From Flavobacteriales bacterium (GTDB lineage: Bacteria > Bacteroidota > Bacteroidia > Flavobacteriales_D > CAJJDF01), in assembly GCA_965657945.1 (NCBI GenBank), contig CBFHPW010000006.1:18702-82701 (forward strand): DNA of 64,000 nucleotides. The letters are read 5' to 3'. A program made the position numbers and the translations under genes. Below, one piece after another: positions 52,247 to 61,438 of the stretch (position 1 is its first letter; every line of letters starts with the position of its first letter). Below the pieces are notes generated by a model, which was given only the letters and a program-made list of their open reading frames with translations, was not told where the DNA came from and searched no databases.

Positions 52247-52675
52247 ATGGGAAAAATACTTGCCATTGATTATGGAATGAAAAGAACGGGAATAGCTATC
52301 ACCGATAGTTCCAAAATCTTTGCTACCGGACTAACGACAGTTGCGAGTAATGAGATTTACACTTTTATTTCCAAACTATTGGAAGAGGAAGAAATAGAAA
52401 CCATCGTGGTTGGGAAACCTATGAATTTGCAAAATCAACCAACAGATGCAACCAAACCCTCGGATACATTGGCAAAAAAACTAGGTAAGTTACATCCCGC
52501 AATAAACATTGAGAGAGTAGACGAAAGATTCACTTCAAAACTTGCCAAGAAAGCAATGTTTGAGGGAGGAATGAAAAAAAAGGATAGACGAGATAAAAAA
52601 ATGGTGGATAAAATTAGCGCAACTATTATTCTGCAAAGCTATCTGGATTCGCAATCTTATTCCTATTTAAAATAA
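52247..52675 (+). CDS. ruvX: Holliday junction resolvase-like pre-16S rRNA nuclease RuvX (YqgF)
   Basis: 'ILAIDYGMKRTGIAITD' and 'VDERFTS' motifs. The ATG at 52247 is preferred over the TTG at 52241. Confidence 0.88.
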   Translation: MGKILAIDYGMKRTGIAITDSSKIFATGLTTVASNEIYTFISKLLEEEEIETIVVGKPMNLQNQPTDATKPSDTLAKKLGKLHPAINIERVDERFTSKLAKKAMFEGGMKKKDRRDKKMVDKISATIILQSYLDSQSYSYLK

Positions 52676-52680
52676 ACTAT

Positions 52681-53268
52681 ATGATTTTACCAATTTACGC
52701 ATACGGACATCCTATTTTGCGAAAGGAAACACAAGAAATAGAAGAATTAAACGAAGAGACAAAAACACTGATAGAAAACATGTTTGAAACCATGTATGGG
52801 TCCCATGGTGTTGGACTTGCAGCTCCCCAAATTGGAAAAGCGCTTAGGTTGTTTATTGTAGATGCATCCCCTTTTGCGGAAGACGAAGCAGAAAATGAAG
52901 AGGAAGAAAAAGAAAACAAATTTCTCAAAGATTTCAAAAGAGTATTTATCAATCCAATTATTGAAGAAGAGCACGGAGAAGAATGGGGATTTGAAGAAGG
53001 ATGTCTCAGTATTCCTGGAATAAGAGAAGAAGTATGGCGAAAAGACAACGTGGTACTCTCTTATTACAATGAGAAATGGGAACTTGTAGAAGAGGAGTTT
53101 ACTGGACTAGCAGCACGAGTTGTACAGCACGAGTACGATCACATTGAAGGAAAATTATTTACGGATTACCTGTCTCCAATGAAAAGAAGATTGAACAAAA
53201 GAAAACTTACCGACATAAGCAAGGGAATTGTTCCGGTAAAATACAAAATGAAATTTCCTAAAAAATAG
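52681..53268 (+). CDS. def: Peptide deformylase
   Basis: Motifs 'GVGLAAPQIG', 'EGCLSIPG', 'HEYDHIEG'. Confidence 0.95.
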   Translation: MILPIYAYGHPILRKETQEIEELNEETKTLIENMFETMYGSHGVGLAAPQIGKALRLFIVDASPFAEDEAENEEEEKENKFLKDFKRVFINPIIEEEHGEEWGFEEGCLSIPGIREEVWRKDNVVLSYYNEKWELVEEEFTGLAARVVQHEYDHIEGKLFTDYLSPMKRRLNKRKLTDISKGIVPVKYKMKFPKK

Positions 53269-53418
53269 AGATTCAAGAATCAACATTCCCATTGCGAAAA
53301 TTTGACTCCGAATTATCTCAGTGTACAAATTGCTGGTAAACTGGGGCAGGATATTTTAGCCCAATAAATACAAAAATCGCCTGTCTTGAGATGCGGGAAA
53401 GTCCGTTCAGATAAAAAA

Positions 53419-54276
53419 ATGAATAAGCTTACAAAAATACGAGTTGGCGGTGTTCCCGAACATTTTAATTTACCTTGGCATTTAGCCATGGAAAACGGTT
53501 TGTTCGAAAAAGAAGGAATTGAAATTGAGTGGACAGTTTTTAAGGGAGGTACAGGGCAAATGACCCAGGCATTGAGAAATGATGAGATCGATGTTTGTAT
53601 TTTGCTCACCGAAGGTATTATCTCGGATATTGTAAATGGAAACCCTTCCAAGTTACTAGGAAAATACCTAAACACACCTCTTATTTGGGGAGTATACACC
53701 GGAATAAATAATTCGGTGAATCATTACGGTGAAATTTACGACAAAAAATACGCTATCAGTAGATTTGGGTCTGGATCTCACTTAATGCCGATAGTAGATG
53801 CCCACGCAAAAAAAATAACATTGAGCACCAATCAATTTGAGGTGATAAAAAATCTTGATGGAGCTCTTGAGTCACTAGCAAATAATAACACCGATACTTT
53901 TTATTGGGAAAAATATACGACCAAACCATTTGTAGATCAAGGATTGTTAAAACACCTGGGAGATTACGTTACTCCTTGGCCCTGCTTTATGATTGCCGCT
54001 ACCAATTCAATTTTAGAAAAGGAAAAAGAAGCCATTGATAAGTTGCAAAAAGTAATTTACTTTACTTGTAAACAGTTTATGACTTCGCCAAGTTCTATTA
54101 GCGAAGTGAGCAAAAGATACCGGCAAAAACCAGAAGATGTAGAAGCTTGGTTTCATGCAACAGAATGGAGTACAAACAATGAAATATCCGATAAATTATT
54201 AGAAAATGTGTTGCACACACTAAAGGTTGCGGGAATAATTAAGGAAAAGCCCGAACTTTCATTTTTTAGATCATAA
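53419..54276 (+). CDS. NMT1/THI5-like (SsuA-type periplasmic-binding-fold) protein without a signal peptide
   Basis: 'IRVGGVPEHFNLPWHLAMENGLFEKEGIEIEWTVFKGGTGQMTQAL' is typical of this substrate-binding fold. The ATG at 53419 is preferred over the upstream TTG at 53386. Confidence 0.6.
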   Translation: MNKLTKIRVGGVPEHFNLPWHLAMENGLFEKEGIEIEWTVFKGGTGQMTQALRNDEIDVCILLTEGIISDIVNGNPSKLLGKYLNTPLIWGVYTGINNSVNHYGEIYDKKYAISRFGSGSHLMPIVDAHAKKITLSTNQFEVIKNLDGALESLANNNTDTFYWEKYTTKPFVDQGLLKHLGDYVTPWPCFMIAATNSILEKEKEAIDKLQKVIYFTCKQFMTSPSSISEVSKRYRQKPEDVEAWFHATEWSTNNEISDKLLENVLHTLKVAGIIKEKPELSFFRS

Positions 54277-54325
54277 AAAAAGAGCCTTGATTACTCAAGA
54301 CTCTACCCTATTTTATTCTGATTGT

Positions 54326-54643
54326 TTACAAATCTTCGAATTTCACATCGGATGAGTAATCTTCTTTATTGTCTTCTTTGTAATTTCCTGTAGCTCTTAG
54401 CTCTTCAATTTTTGACAATACATCTTCGAAACCATCTTTAAATTTTTCGAAATCTTCTTTGTACAAAAACAATTTGTGTTTTTCAAAAAAGAACTCACCG
54501 TCATCTTTGTACTTCTTTTTACTTTCTGTGATTGTCACATACAAGTCGTTTCCTCTTGTCGCTTTTACATCAAAAAAATAAGTTCTCTTCCCTGCTCTTA
54601 CTGCATTAGAATAAATCTCATCTCTGTTCATTACATCATCCAT
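54326..54643 (-). CDS. DUF3276 / PUR-alpha-like nucleic-acid-binding protein
   Basis: 'AVRAGKRTYFFDVKATRGNDLYVTITESKK...FEKHKLFLYKEDFEKF' matches the bacterial Pur-alpha repeat pattern as I recall it. The ATG at 54643 (MDDVMNRDE) is preferred over the TTG at 54673. Confidence 0.65.
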   Translation of the reverse strand: MDDVMNRDEIYSNAVRAGKRTYFFDVKATRGNDLYVTITESKKKYKDDGEFFFEKHKLFLYKEDFEKFKDGFEDVLSKIEELRATGNYKEDNKEDYSSDVKFEDL

Positions 54644-54840
54644 CAATTTATTGTTTTGTATTATACAAAACAAACTTATTAAAAAAAGTACTTTAAAACC
54701 AAGAAACCTGATAGGTATTTTATCATTGTTAAATTATTTTAAATAAATTCTCTTTATTTCTTAGGATAGAAATCATATTCTATTAAGATTTTAAAAAAAG
54801 TAGATATTTAGTTTTGTGGTAAATAAAAACTAAAACTATT

Positions 54841-57465
54841 ATGAAAACAACAGGACTATTTATCATTTTGTCACTTTCCTTCAATTTGATATTCTCTCAG
54901 AACGTAAAAGGAAAGATAGTAGATAGTGAAGACGGATCAATACTTATTGGAGCAAATATAAAAATTAAAGGTACAAACAAAGGAACTACCACAGATGTAT
55001 CTGGAAATTTTGTACTAGATGTTTCTGAATCAGGTATTTTGGAAATAAATTATGTGGGATATGAAATGTCGGATGTTTCGTTCACAATGAATGGAACAGA
55101 AACCAAAAATCTTGGAAATATTAAACTTGTCTCTTCTACACTAAAGGAATTTGTGGTGTATGGTGGTGGGGTGATCGATATTGTAAAAGATAGGCAAACT
55201 CCTATCGCTGTTTCAACTATTCATGCTGAAGAAATTAGGGACAAAAGTGGCCAAGGAGATTTTACCGAATTAATGAAATCGACTCCTTCTGTTTATGTAT
55301 CCTCAGAAGGTGGAGGATTTGGAGATTCAAGAATGACATTACGTGGCTTTAATCAATCAAATACAGCTTATTTACTCAATGGACAACCAATAAACGGAAT
55401 GGAAGATGGTAAAATGTATTGGTCAAACTGGAGTGGAATGACTGATGTTGCTCAGGCTATTCAAATTCAAAGAGGGCTAGGTTCTTCAAAATTAGCTATC
55501 TCTTCGGTAGGTGGAACTGTTAATATAGTTATGAAAGCCACTGAAACGCAAAAAGGGGGAAGTTTTAAACAAACGATAGGTAACAATGCTTTTACAAAAT
55601 CAACGATAAGTTATTCTACTGGGAAAAGCAAAAAAGGCTTGGCCTTTACTGGTTTATTGACCCATTGGCAAGGTGATGGTTTTTTTAATGGTACCAAAGG
55701 ATTCGGACAGACTTATTTTTTATCTTTAGGTTACCAACCTAACAAAACTCACACATTCAATTTATTAGTAACAGGAGCGCCTCAGTGGCACGATCAAAAT
55801 TACAACAAAAGACTTAGTACTTTTGTAGCGGAGGTTGCGGGTGATGATCGACCAAATAAAGACATCACTTTATTTAACAATAACTGGGGGCTTGAAAACG
55901 GTGAGTATAGAAGTGAAAGAAGAAACTTTTACCACAAACCGGTTGCAAATATAAACTGGGATTTCACTATTAATGAGTCGACTAGCCTGTCAACCGTATT
56001 ATATGGTTCTTGGGGAAGAGGTGGAGGAACTGGCGGCTATAACAGCGTTCCAAGTTCAATCAAATATGATGAAGAAGGGCAAATAGATTGGGATGCGATC
56101 AGAAATTACAACGATACTTCTGGGGAACGTCCATACTTAACAAGAGCTAGTGTAAATAACCACTCATGGTATGGATTGGTAACCAACTTAACTAAAAAAA
56201 TATTTGAAAATCTTGAGATAAATGGAGGATTTGATGCTAGATTTTATCAAGGAGATCATTTCAGAAGAATTGTGGATATTAATTCAAGTACTTCTACTTA
56301 TGACAATTCAACAAACTTTTCGGGTGACTACACTATTAATGCAACAGATTTAGCTGGCGCAAATCCTTGGGATGCAATCAGAAATACTCCATTAGAAGAA
56401 CGAATAGCTTATAGTAACCAAGAAACCATCAACTACCAAGGTGTTTTTGGACAAATGGAATACAAAAAAAATAAGTACTCAACTTTTGTTCAAGCTGCAG
56501 TATCTAACCAATCTTATCAAAAATTTGATAATTACTTTAATGACAAAGATAAAGAAGCATCTGAAAAAGTGAATAGATTGGGATATAACGTGAAAGCGGG
56601 TGCTAATTATAGAGTCAATAAAAAAAATAATGTATTTGTAAATGGAGGGTACTATTCTAGACAGCCATTTTTAGATAATGTTTTTTTAGGATTTTCAACA
56701 GATGTTAATAAATTAACTCAAAATGAAACAGTAATTGGTGTTGAAGCAGGATATGGCTACAGAAATGCAAAGTTTGCTGCTAATGTAAATTTATACAACA
56801 CAATATGGACAGATAGAACAATTACACAAGATTACATTCCAAATTCAGATTCAACCGCAGTATTTAATAATGTAGGACAAACTCACAGAGGAATTGAAAT
56901 AGATTTTACTTATATACCTGTGAGACAAATTGAACTGAGAGGTCAAGTTTCTATTGGAGATTGGAGATACAACAGTAATGCGGAAGCAAAAATATTCAAT
57001 GATGATCAGCAAGAAGTTCCTGGATTAAGTAAAACACTTTACTTAGAAAATGTAAAAGTTGGAAATGCGGCCCAACTTACTTGGGGGGCTTCAGCAAAAT
57101 GGTATACGCCTATATCTAACTTATCCATTGATTTAACATACAATAACATGAATAATTTATATCACGATTTTGATGCGGCCTCGAGCACATTCAATGATCC
57201 TGATAACGAAGGTGCTGCTAAATTGCCAAACTTTTGGCTTATGGACGCGGGGGTAAATTATGTGTTAAACTTCAAAAAAAATCAATCGTTAAGGTTTAGA
57301 GCGAATATCAATAATGTATTTGATGCATTATATATAAATAATGCTTCTTCAAACATACATCCAGATTCTGATCCTTCAAACAATTGGAATGGTGTTAATA
57401 CCAATAACTTTATGGCATGGGGAATGGGCAGAACATGGAATGTGTCTGCTGCATTTAATTTCTAA
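54841..57465 (+). CDS. TonB-dependent outer-membrane receptor with an N-terminal carboxypeptidase-regulatory-like domain
   Basis: Signal peptide, 'VKGKIVDSEDGSILIGANIKIKGTNKGTTTDVSGNF' (CarbopepD_reg-like), plug-region motifs ('SRMTLRGF', 'LLNGQPING'), a long beta-barrel and a terminal 'AAFNF'. No adjacent SusD-like gene. Confidence 0.85.
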   Translation: MKTTGLFIILSLSFNLIFSQNVKGKIVDSEDGSILIGANIKIKGTNKGTTTDVSGNFVLDVSESGILEINYVGYEMSDVSFTMNGTETKNLGNIKLVSSTLKEFVVYGGGVIDIVKDRQTPIAVSTIHAEEIRDKSGQGDFTELMKSTPSVYVSSEGGGFGDSRMTLRGFNQSNTAYLLNGQPINGMEDGKMYWSNWSGMTDVAQAIQIQRGLGSSKLAISSVGGTVNIVMKATETQKGGSFKQTIGNNAFTKSTISYSTGKSKKGLAFTGLLTHWQGDGFFNGTKGFGQTYFLSLGYQPNKTHTFNLLVTGAPQWHDQNYNKRLSTFVAEVAGDDRPNKDITLFNNNWGLENGEYRSERRNFYHKPVANINWDFTINESTSLSTVLYGSWGRGGGTGGYNSVPSSIKYDEEGQIDWDAIRNYNDTSGERPYLTRASVNNHSWYGLVTNLTKKIFENLEINGGFDARFYQGDHFRRIVDINSSTSTYDNSTNFSGDYTINATDLAGANPWDAIRNTPLEERIAYSNQETINYQGVFGQMEYKKNKYSTFVQAAVSNQSYQKFDNYFNDKDKEASEKVNRLGYNVKAGANYRVNKKNNVFVNGGYYSRQPFLDNVFLGFSTDVNKLTQNETVIGVEAGYGYRNAKFAANVNLYNTIWTDRTITQDYIPNSDSTAVFNNVGQTHRGIEIDFTYIPVRQIELRGQVSIGDWRYNSNAEAKIFNDDQQEVPGLSKTLYLENVKVGNAAQLTWGASAKWYTPISNLSIDLTYNNMNNLYHDFDAASSTFNDPDNEGAAKLPNFWLMDAGVNYVLNFKKNQSLRFRANINNVFDALYINNASSNIHPDSDPSNNWNGVNTNNFMAWGMGRTWNVSAAFNF

Positions 57466-57495
57466 CTTTTTCATAATTATATTCCCCATTTTAAA

Positions 57496-57527
57496 ACACT
57501 CTTCTTACTGAAGGGTGTTTTTTTTTC
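57496..57527 (+). terminator. Rho-independent terminator after the TonB-dependent receptor gene
   Basis: ACACUCUUC-UUACU-GAAGGGUGU (one G-U pair) followed by a U9 tract. Confidence 0.6.
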
Positions 57528-57545
57528 TGTTATCTTTACTCCTGA

Positions 57546-58283
57546 ATGGAGAGGAAAAAATGGAGAATAAAATCAACTGTAATGTATGCTTTACTGATTA
57601 CCTTAGTATTGCATGTACTGGTATTTCTGTATTTCAATCTTTCTACAATCCAAACAGAATTCCCCGTTCTTAACGAAGCTGCACTATTGGAATTAGATTT
57701 TAGGGAGCCCGAAGAAATAGAGCAACTGTTACAACCGCCACAGCCAGTGATAGATGAATCTAATCAAGCTATTAAGGATTTGATGCAGGATATTCAAGAT
57801 ATACGAAACAAAAGCAGAACAAATTTTAGTGAGAGTAAGTTAAATGAACAAGTAGAGAATGAGATCCTGGAACGAAATAACCAAACTCTAAACGAATCAA
57901 AAAAAAACGCACAAATTGGGGCAGAAAATGAGCCCAGTTCTGAAACCAAAAAAGCGACCCGCACCAAAACTGCGGAGCAAGAAGCGGAAAACAATTATGC
58001 TGGAAAAGTAACTCGGTATTGTAATGTTCCGGGAAGAGAATGCTATACAACTGCGCCAAGTTACACCTGCAAGGGCGGTGGACGAGTGCAAGTAGATATA
58101 AAAGTAGACAAAATTGGCTCCGTGAAATCGGCAAAAATAAATGCCGCCAATACCAATACTACCAATGAATGTATCCTAAATCAAGCTCTAGATTATGCCA
58201 AAAGAACCACAAAAGTGAGTTCGGACCTCAAGGGAGAACATTCTTCCTCTGGTTACATCATTTATAATTTTGTAAGTCAATAA
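57546..58283 (+). CDS. TonB-like energy-transducer family protein (N-terminal TM anchor, charged linker, TonB-C-like domain)
   Basis: TM helix 'VMYALLITLVLHVLVFLYF', a Glu/Gln/Asn-rich linker, and a C-terminal 'GGGRVQVDIKVDKIGSVKSAKI...NQALDYAKR' resembling the TonB C-terminal fold. The CTD has four Cys, which is unusual. Confidence 0.55.
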   Translation: MERKKWRIKSTVMYALLITLVLHVLVFLYFNLSTIQTEFPVLNEAALLELDFREPEEIEQLLQPPQPVIDESNQAIKDLMQDIQDIRNKSRTNFSESKLNEQVENEILERNNQTLNESKKNAQIGAENEPSSETKKATRTKTAEQEAENNYAGKVTRYCNVPGRECYTTAPSYTCKGGGRVQVDIKVDKIGSVKSAKINAANTNTTNECILNQALDYAKRTTKVSSDLKGEHSSSGYIIYNFVSQ

Positions 58284-59368
58284 TGAAACATCTCCTTGCC
58301 ATATTATTTCTGTTTTTCTCGGCTGTTGTTTTAGGACAGAGCCTGAGAGTTATTTCAACTTTTCCGAACTATCTAAACGAAAATTCTGGACTTATTGTAA
58401 AAACAAACAACTCTGCCTGGATTCACAATGACAGCGGAGATGGTCCCATTATTTATAAGATTGATTCCAATGGAATTCAATTAGACTCTATTTACCTAAA
58501 TGGAATTACGGCTATTGATTTTGAAGATATTACGCAAGATAATCAAGGGAATGTATATGTAGGAGATATTGGAAATAACAACCACAACAGAACAAATCTT
58601 GTGGTTTATAAAATTCCCAATCCTGATAGTCTTTCAAGTAACGCTGTAACACCCGAGGCAATCCATTACCACTATTCCGATCAGACCCAATTTCCAGACC
58701 CAAATCAAAATTCAGATTGTGAGGCTCTTTTTCACTTCAACAATCACCTCTATTTAATTTCAAAAAACTGGGGAAACTCAGGTTACTCAAAATTATATGA
58801 ATTGCCAGATACCTCGGGAACTCACGTTGCGCAACTTATTGATAGTTTTGCCTCTCCTATGGTAACCGCAGCAGACTATCATCCTTCTGGAAAGTTGGCA
58901 GTTCTCTCAATGGATCGAGTAACTGTTTTTGATCAATTTGTAGGCAACCATTTTTTTAATGGAAGAAACTCAACGTTTTTCTTTCCCTTAACCCAAAAGG
59001 AAGGGGTGAGTTTTGTCTCCAGTAATTCTCTTTACATCACACAAGAAAATCATCGATTTTTTCCTGGTGCCAAATTGTACGAATTTAAGATTGGCAATTA
59101 TCTAAGTGTTGAGGAAGTAGAGAGAAAAAAAGATTTTTCAATTACTCCTAATCCAGCCAATGATAACATATCCATTATTCCAGTAGGAGATTTTACCAAC
59201 AAAGAATATCACTACTCTATCTACAATGCAAAAGGTCAGTTAGTAAAAAACCGGGGCAATAATTATTCAAGTTCCTTGATTTCAATCGAGGAATTTAACC
59301 AAGGAATTTATTTTGTGATCATAAAGACCAAATCAGAATTATTTACAAAACGCTTTATAAAACAATAA
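58283..59368 (+). CDS. Secreted protein of unknown function with a T9SS C-terminal sorting domain
   Basis: Signal peptide. N-terminal region with 'NENSGL...HNDSGDG...FEDITQDNQGNVYVGDIGNN', possibly a beta-propeller-like fold (weak recall). C-terminal 'FSITPNPANDNISII...GIYFVIIKTKSELFTKRFIKQ'. The start overlaps the upstream stop (TAATG). Confidence 0.6.
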   Translation: MKHLLAILFLFFSAVVLGQSLRVISTFPNYLNENSGLIVKTNNSAWIHNDSGDGPIIYKIDSNGIQLDSIYLNGITAIDFEDITQDNQGNVYVGDIGNNNHNRTNLVVYKIPNPDSLSSNAVTPEAIHYHYSDQTQFPDPNQNSDCEALFHFNNHLYLISKNWGNSGYSKLYELPDTSGTHVAQLIDSFASPMVTAADYHPSGKLAVLSMDRVTVFDQFVGNHFFNGRNSTFFFPLTQKEGVSFVSSNSLYITQENHRFFPGAKLYEFKIGNYLSVEEVERKKDFSITPNPANDNISIIPVGDFTNKEYHYSIYNAKGQLVKNRGNNYSSSLISIEEFNQGIYFVIIKTKSELFTKRFIKQ

Positions 59369-59369
59369 T

Positions 59370-60011
59370 ATGGAATTTTTACCGAAAGAAATAGATGAAT
59401 ATGCCGGGAAATATACGGAAGAAGAAAACAACGTTCTTTCTGATTTAAACAGAGAAACCCACATTAAAGTTCTTATTCCTAGAATGTTATCAGGTCACAT
59501 TCAAGGAAGGATCTTGAGTATGTTTAGCCACATGATTCAACCAAAAAACATACTAGAAATTGGAACCTACACGGGCTATTCCGCCATTTGTTTTGCAGAA
59601 GGAATGAAACCCGATGGTAAATTAATCACCATCGATATCAACAACGAGCTAGAAACAATGGCCACTTCTTATTTTGAAAAATCGGGATTTGGGAAACAAA
59701 TAGAAATGAAAATTGGCAATGCAATGGATATTGTACCTACTCTAGAGATGGATTTTGACTTGGTATTCATTGATGCAGATAAGCACAATTATTCTAACTA
59801 TTTTGATTTAGTCATTGACAAAGTGAATAAGGGAGGATACATCATTGCTGACAATGTGCTCTGGAGCGGAAAAGTAACCACGAACGAAGTAAATACTGAC
59901 AAAGACACAAAAGCTTTGGATGATTACAACCGAAAAATCCATGGTGACCCACGAGTAGAAAATGTATTGATGCCAGTGAGAGATGGATTGATGGTTGCAA
60001 GAAAAATCTAA
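59370..60011 (+). CDS. Class I SAM-dependent O-methyltransferase (family 3, caffeoyl-CoA OMT / YrrM-like)
   Basis: 'ILEIGTYTGYSAICFAEG', 'FDLVFIDADKHNY', 'GGYIIADNVLWSG'. Confidence 0.8.
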   Translation: MEFLPKEIDEYAGKYTEEENNVLSDLNRETHIKVLIPRMLSGHIQGRILSMFSHMIQPKNILEIGTYTGYSAICFAEGMKPDGKLITIDINNELETMATSYFEKSGFGKQIEMKIGNAMDIVPTLEMDFDLVFIDADKHNYSNYFDLVIDKVNKGGYIIADNVLWSGKVTTNEVNTDKDTKALDDYNRKIHGDPRVENVLMPVRDGLMVARKI

Positions 60012-60016
60012 TTATT

Positions 60017-61423
60017 TTGAAAGAAAGGCTCGTTACTTCTTTTTCTGACGTTCGTTTTTGGATTCTCCTCACTCTTCTTATTCGTATGATTGGAATCACA
60101 GATCCACCCATCGAGATAGGACACAACTGGAGACAAACCACGGTAACAATGGTTGCCAGAAATTTTCTAGAAACGGATGCCAACATTCTGTATCCTAGAA
60201 TTGATATAGCAGGAGAAAAAACTGGAATAACCGGGATGGAATTTCCTGTTTTCAACTATACTATTTACCTAATTTCGGACCTTTTTGGGTATCAACACTG
60301 GTATGGCAGATTACTTAATGTAGTAATTTCCAGCCTTGGAGTTTGGTTCTTTTATTTGCTCATAACTGGATATTTCGGAGCAAAAATTGCTTTTCGAGCC
60401 ACTTTAGTTTTGCTATTTTCGATTTGGCTCAGCTACTCTCGCAAAATTATGCCCGATACCTTTGCTGTCTCTTTGGTTTTAATAGGCATGTACTATTTTT
60501 CCAATTTTATTAAAAAATCGACCTACTTTCATTTGATTATTGGAACCATCCTGATAACCTTAGGCATTTTATCCAAACTTCCTGCAGGAGTAGTTTTCAC
60601 TCCTTTCCTACTCTTTCTCTTCTCCAAAAAAATCACTCTTTCAACCAAAAGTATCATTTTAGTTTCGTTCTCTGTCATCTTAATTCCTGTAATTTGGTGG
60701 TACTTTTACTGGGTTCCATTCTTGAATACTACATTCGGATTCTGGCACTTCTTTATGGGAAAATCATTGTCGGAAGGCTTTCAAGAATTAACCAGCAATT
60801 TGCCTGATTTTCTTGAGAAATTTTACGGAACATCCATATTTTATATAGGATTTATTGTGTTTGTAGTGGGCATATTTTTTACCATTAAACACAAACTCCA
60901 TGCAATAAAATGGACTTTAGGAATAAGCTTTTTTGCAATACTTATTATCATGTTAAAATCGGGACAAACCTTTGCTCATCACACCTATTACATGATTCCT
61001 TTTCTTCCTGCCATGGCTTTAGTTGCAGGGGTTGGACTAGCTTCTTTTCGATACAAAACTATTTCTGCGATTCTTTTAATTGCAATCATTGCAGAAGGTA
61101 CACTTAATCAAATAGCGGATTTCAGAATACCCCAATCCCACCTCAGTTTGCTTGAGTTAGAATCGGAATTATCTGCTTTTTCGGACTCGAAAGATTTAAT
61201 CGCCATAAACAGTGGGGAAGTTCCTACTCCCATGTATTTTGCACACCGAAAAGGATGGGTAGAAACAAACCAGAATTTACTAAACGAACAATACATAAGC
61301 GAATTAAAAATGAAAGGACTTCGATTTATTGTCGTCCTCAAGAATGGATTTGGGACAGAAACATCCTTGCCTTATCCTATTCAATTAGAAAATAAACACT
61401 ACTTAATTTATTCCCTGAATTAA
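60017..61423 (+). CDS. GT-C fold polytopic membrane glycosyltransferase-like protein (family 39 / ArnT/PMT-like)
   Basis: TTG start. About 10 or more predicted TM helices. The first loop 'DPPIEIGHNWRQTTVTMVARNF' resembles the PMT_2/ArnT-like family as I recall it. There is a C-terminal soluble domain. Confidence 0.5.
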   Translation: MKERLVTSFSDVRFWILLTLLIRMIGITDPPIEIGHNWRQTTVTMVARNFLETDANILYPRIDIAGEKTGITGMEFPVFNYTIYLISDLFGYQHWYGRLLNVVISSLGVWFFYLLITGYFGAKIAFRATLVLLFSIWLSYSRKIMPDTFAVSLVLIGMYYFSNFIKKSTYFHLIIGTILITLGILSKLPAGVVFTPFLLFLFSKKITLSTKSIILVSFSVILIPVIWWYFYWVPFLNTTFGFWHFFMGKSLSEGFQELTSNLPDFLEKFYGTSIFYIGFIVFVVGIFFTIKHKLHAIKWTLGISFFAILIIMLKSGQTFAHHTYYMIPFLPAMALVAGVGLASFRYKTISAILLIAIIAEGTLNQIADFRIPQSHLSLLELESELSAFSDSKDLIAINSGEVPTPMYFAHRKGWVETNQNLLNEQYISELKMKGLRFIVVLKNGFGTETSLPYPIQLENKHYLIYSLN

Positions 61424-61438
61424 AAAAACTTATACATT

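Noticed and set aside
53269-53418. Possible TPP riboswitch upstream of the NMT1/THI5-like gene ('CUGGGGC ... CUUGAGA ... GCGGGAAAG')
   Set aside because: The order and content of the elements do not fit the THI-box. There is no ACCUGAU, CUGAGA is imperfect and sits after the pyrimidine-sensor position, and I could not draw a convincing P1-P5 fold. A covariance-model scan would settle it.
54766-54784. Fur box upstream of the TonB-dependent receptor
   Set aside because: A hand alignment to GATAATGATAATCATTATC gives only about 9/19 matches. It is kept only as an unspecified dyad in the findings, not as a Fur site.
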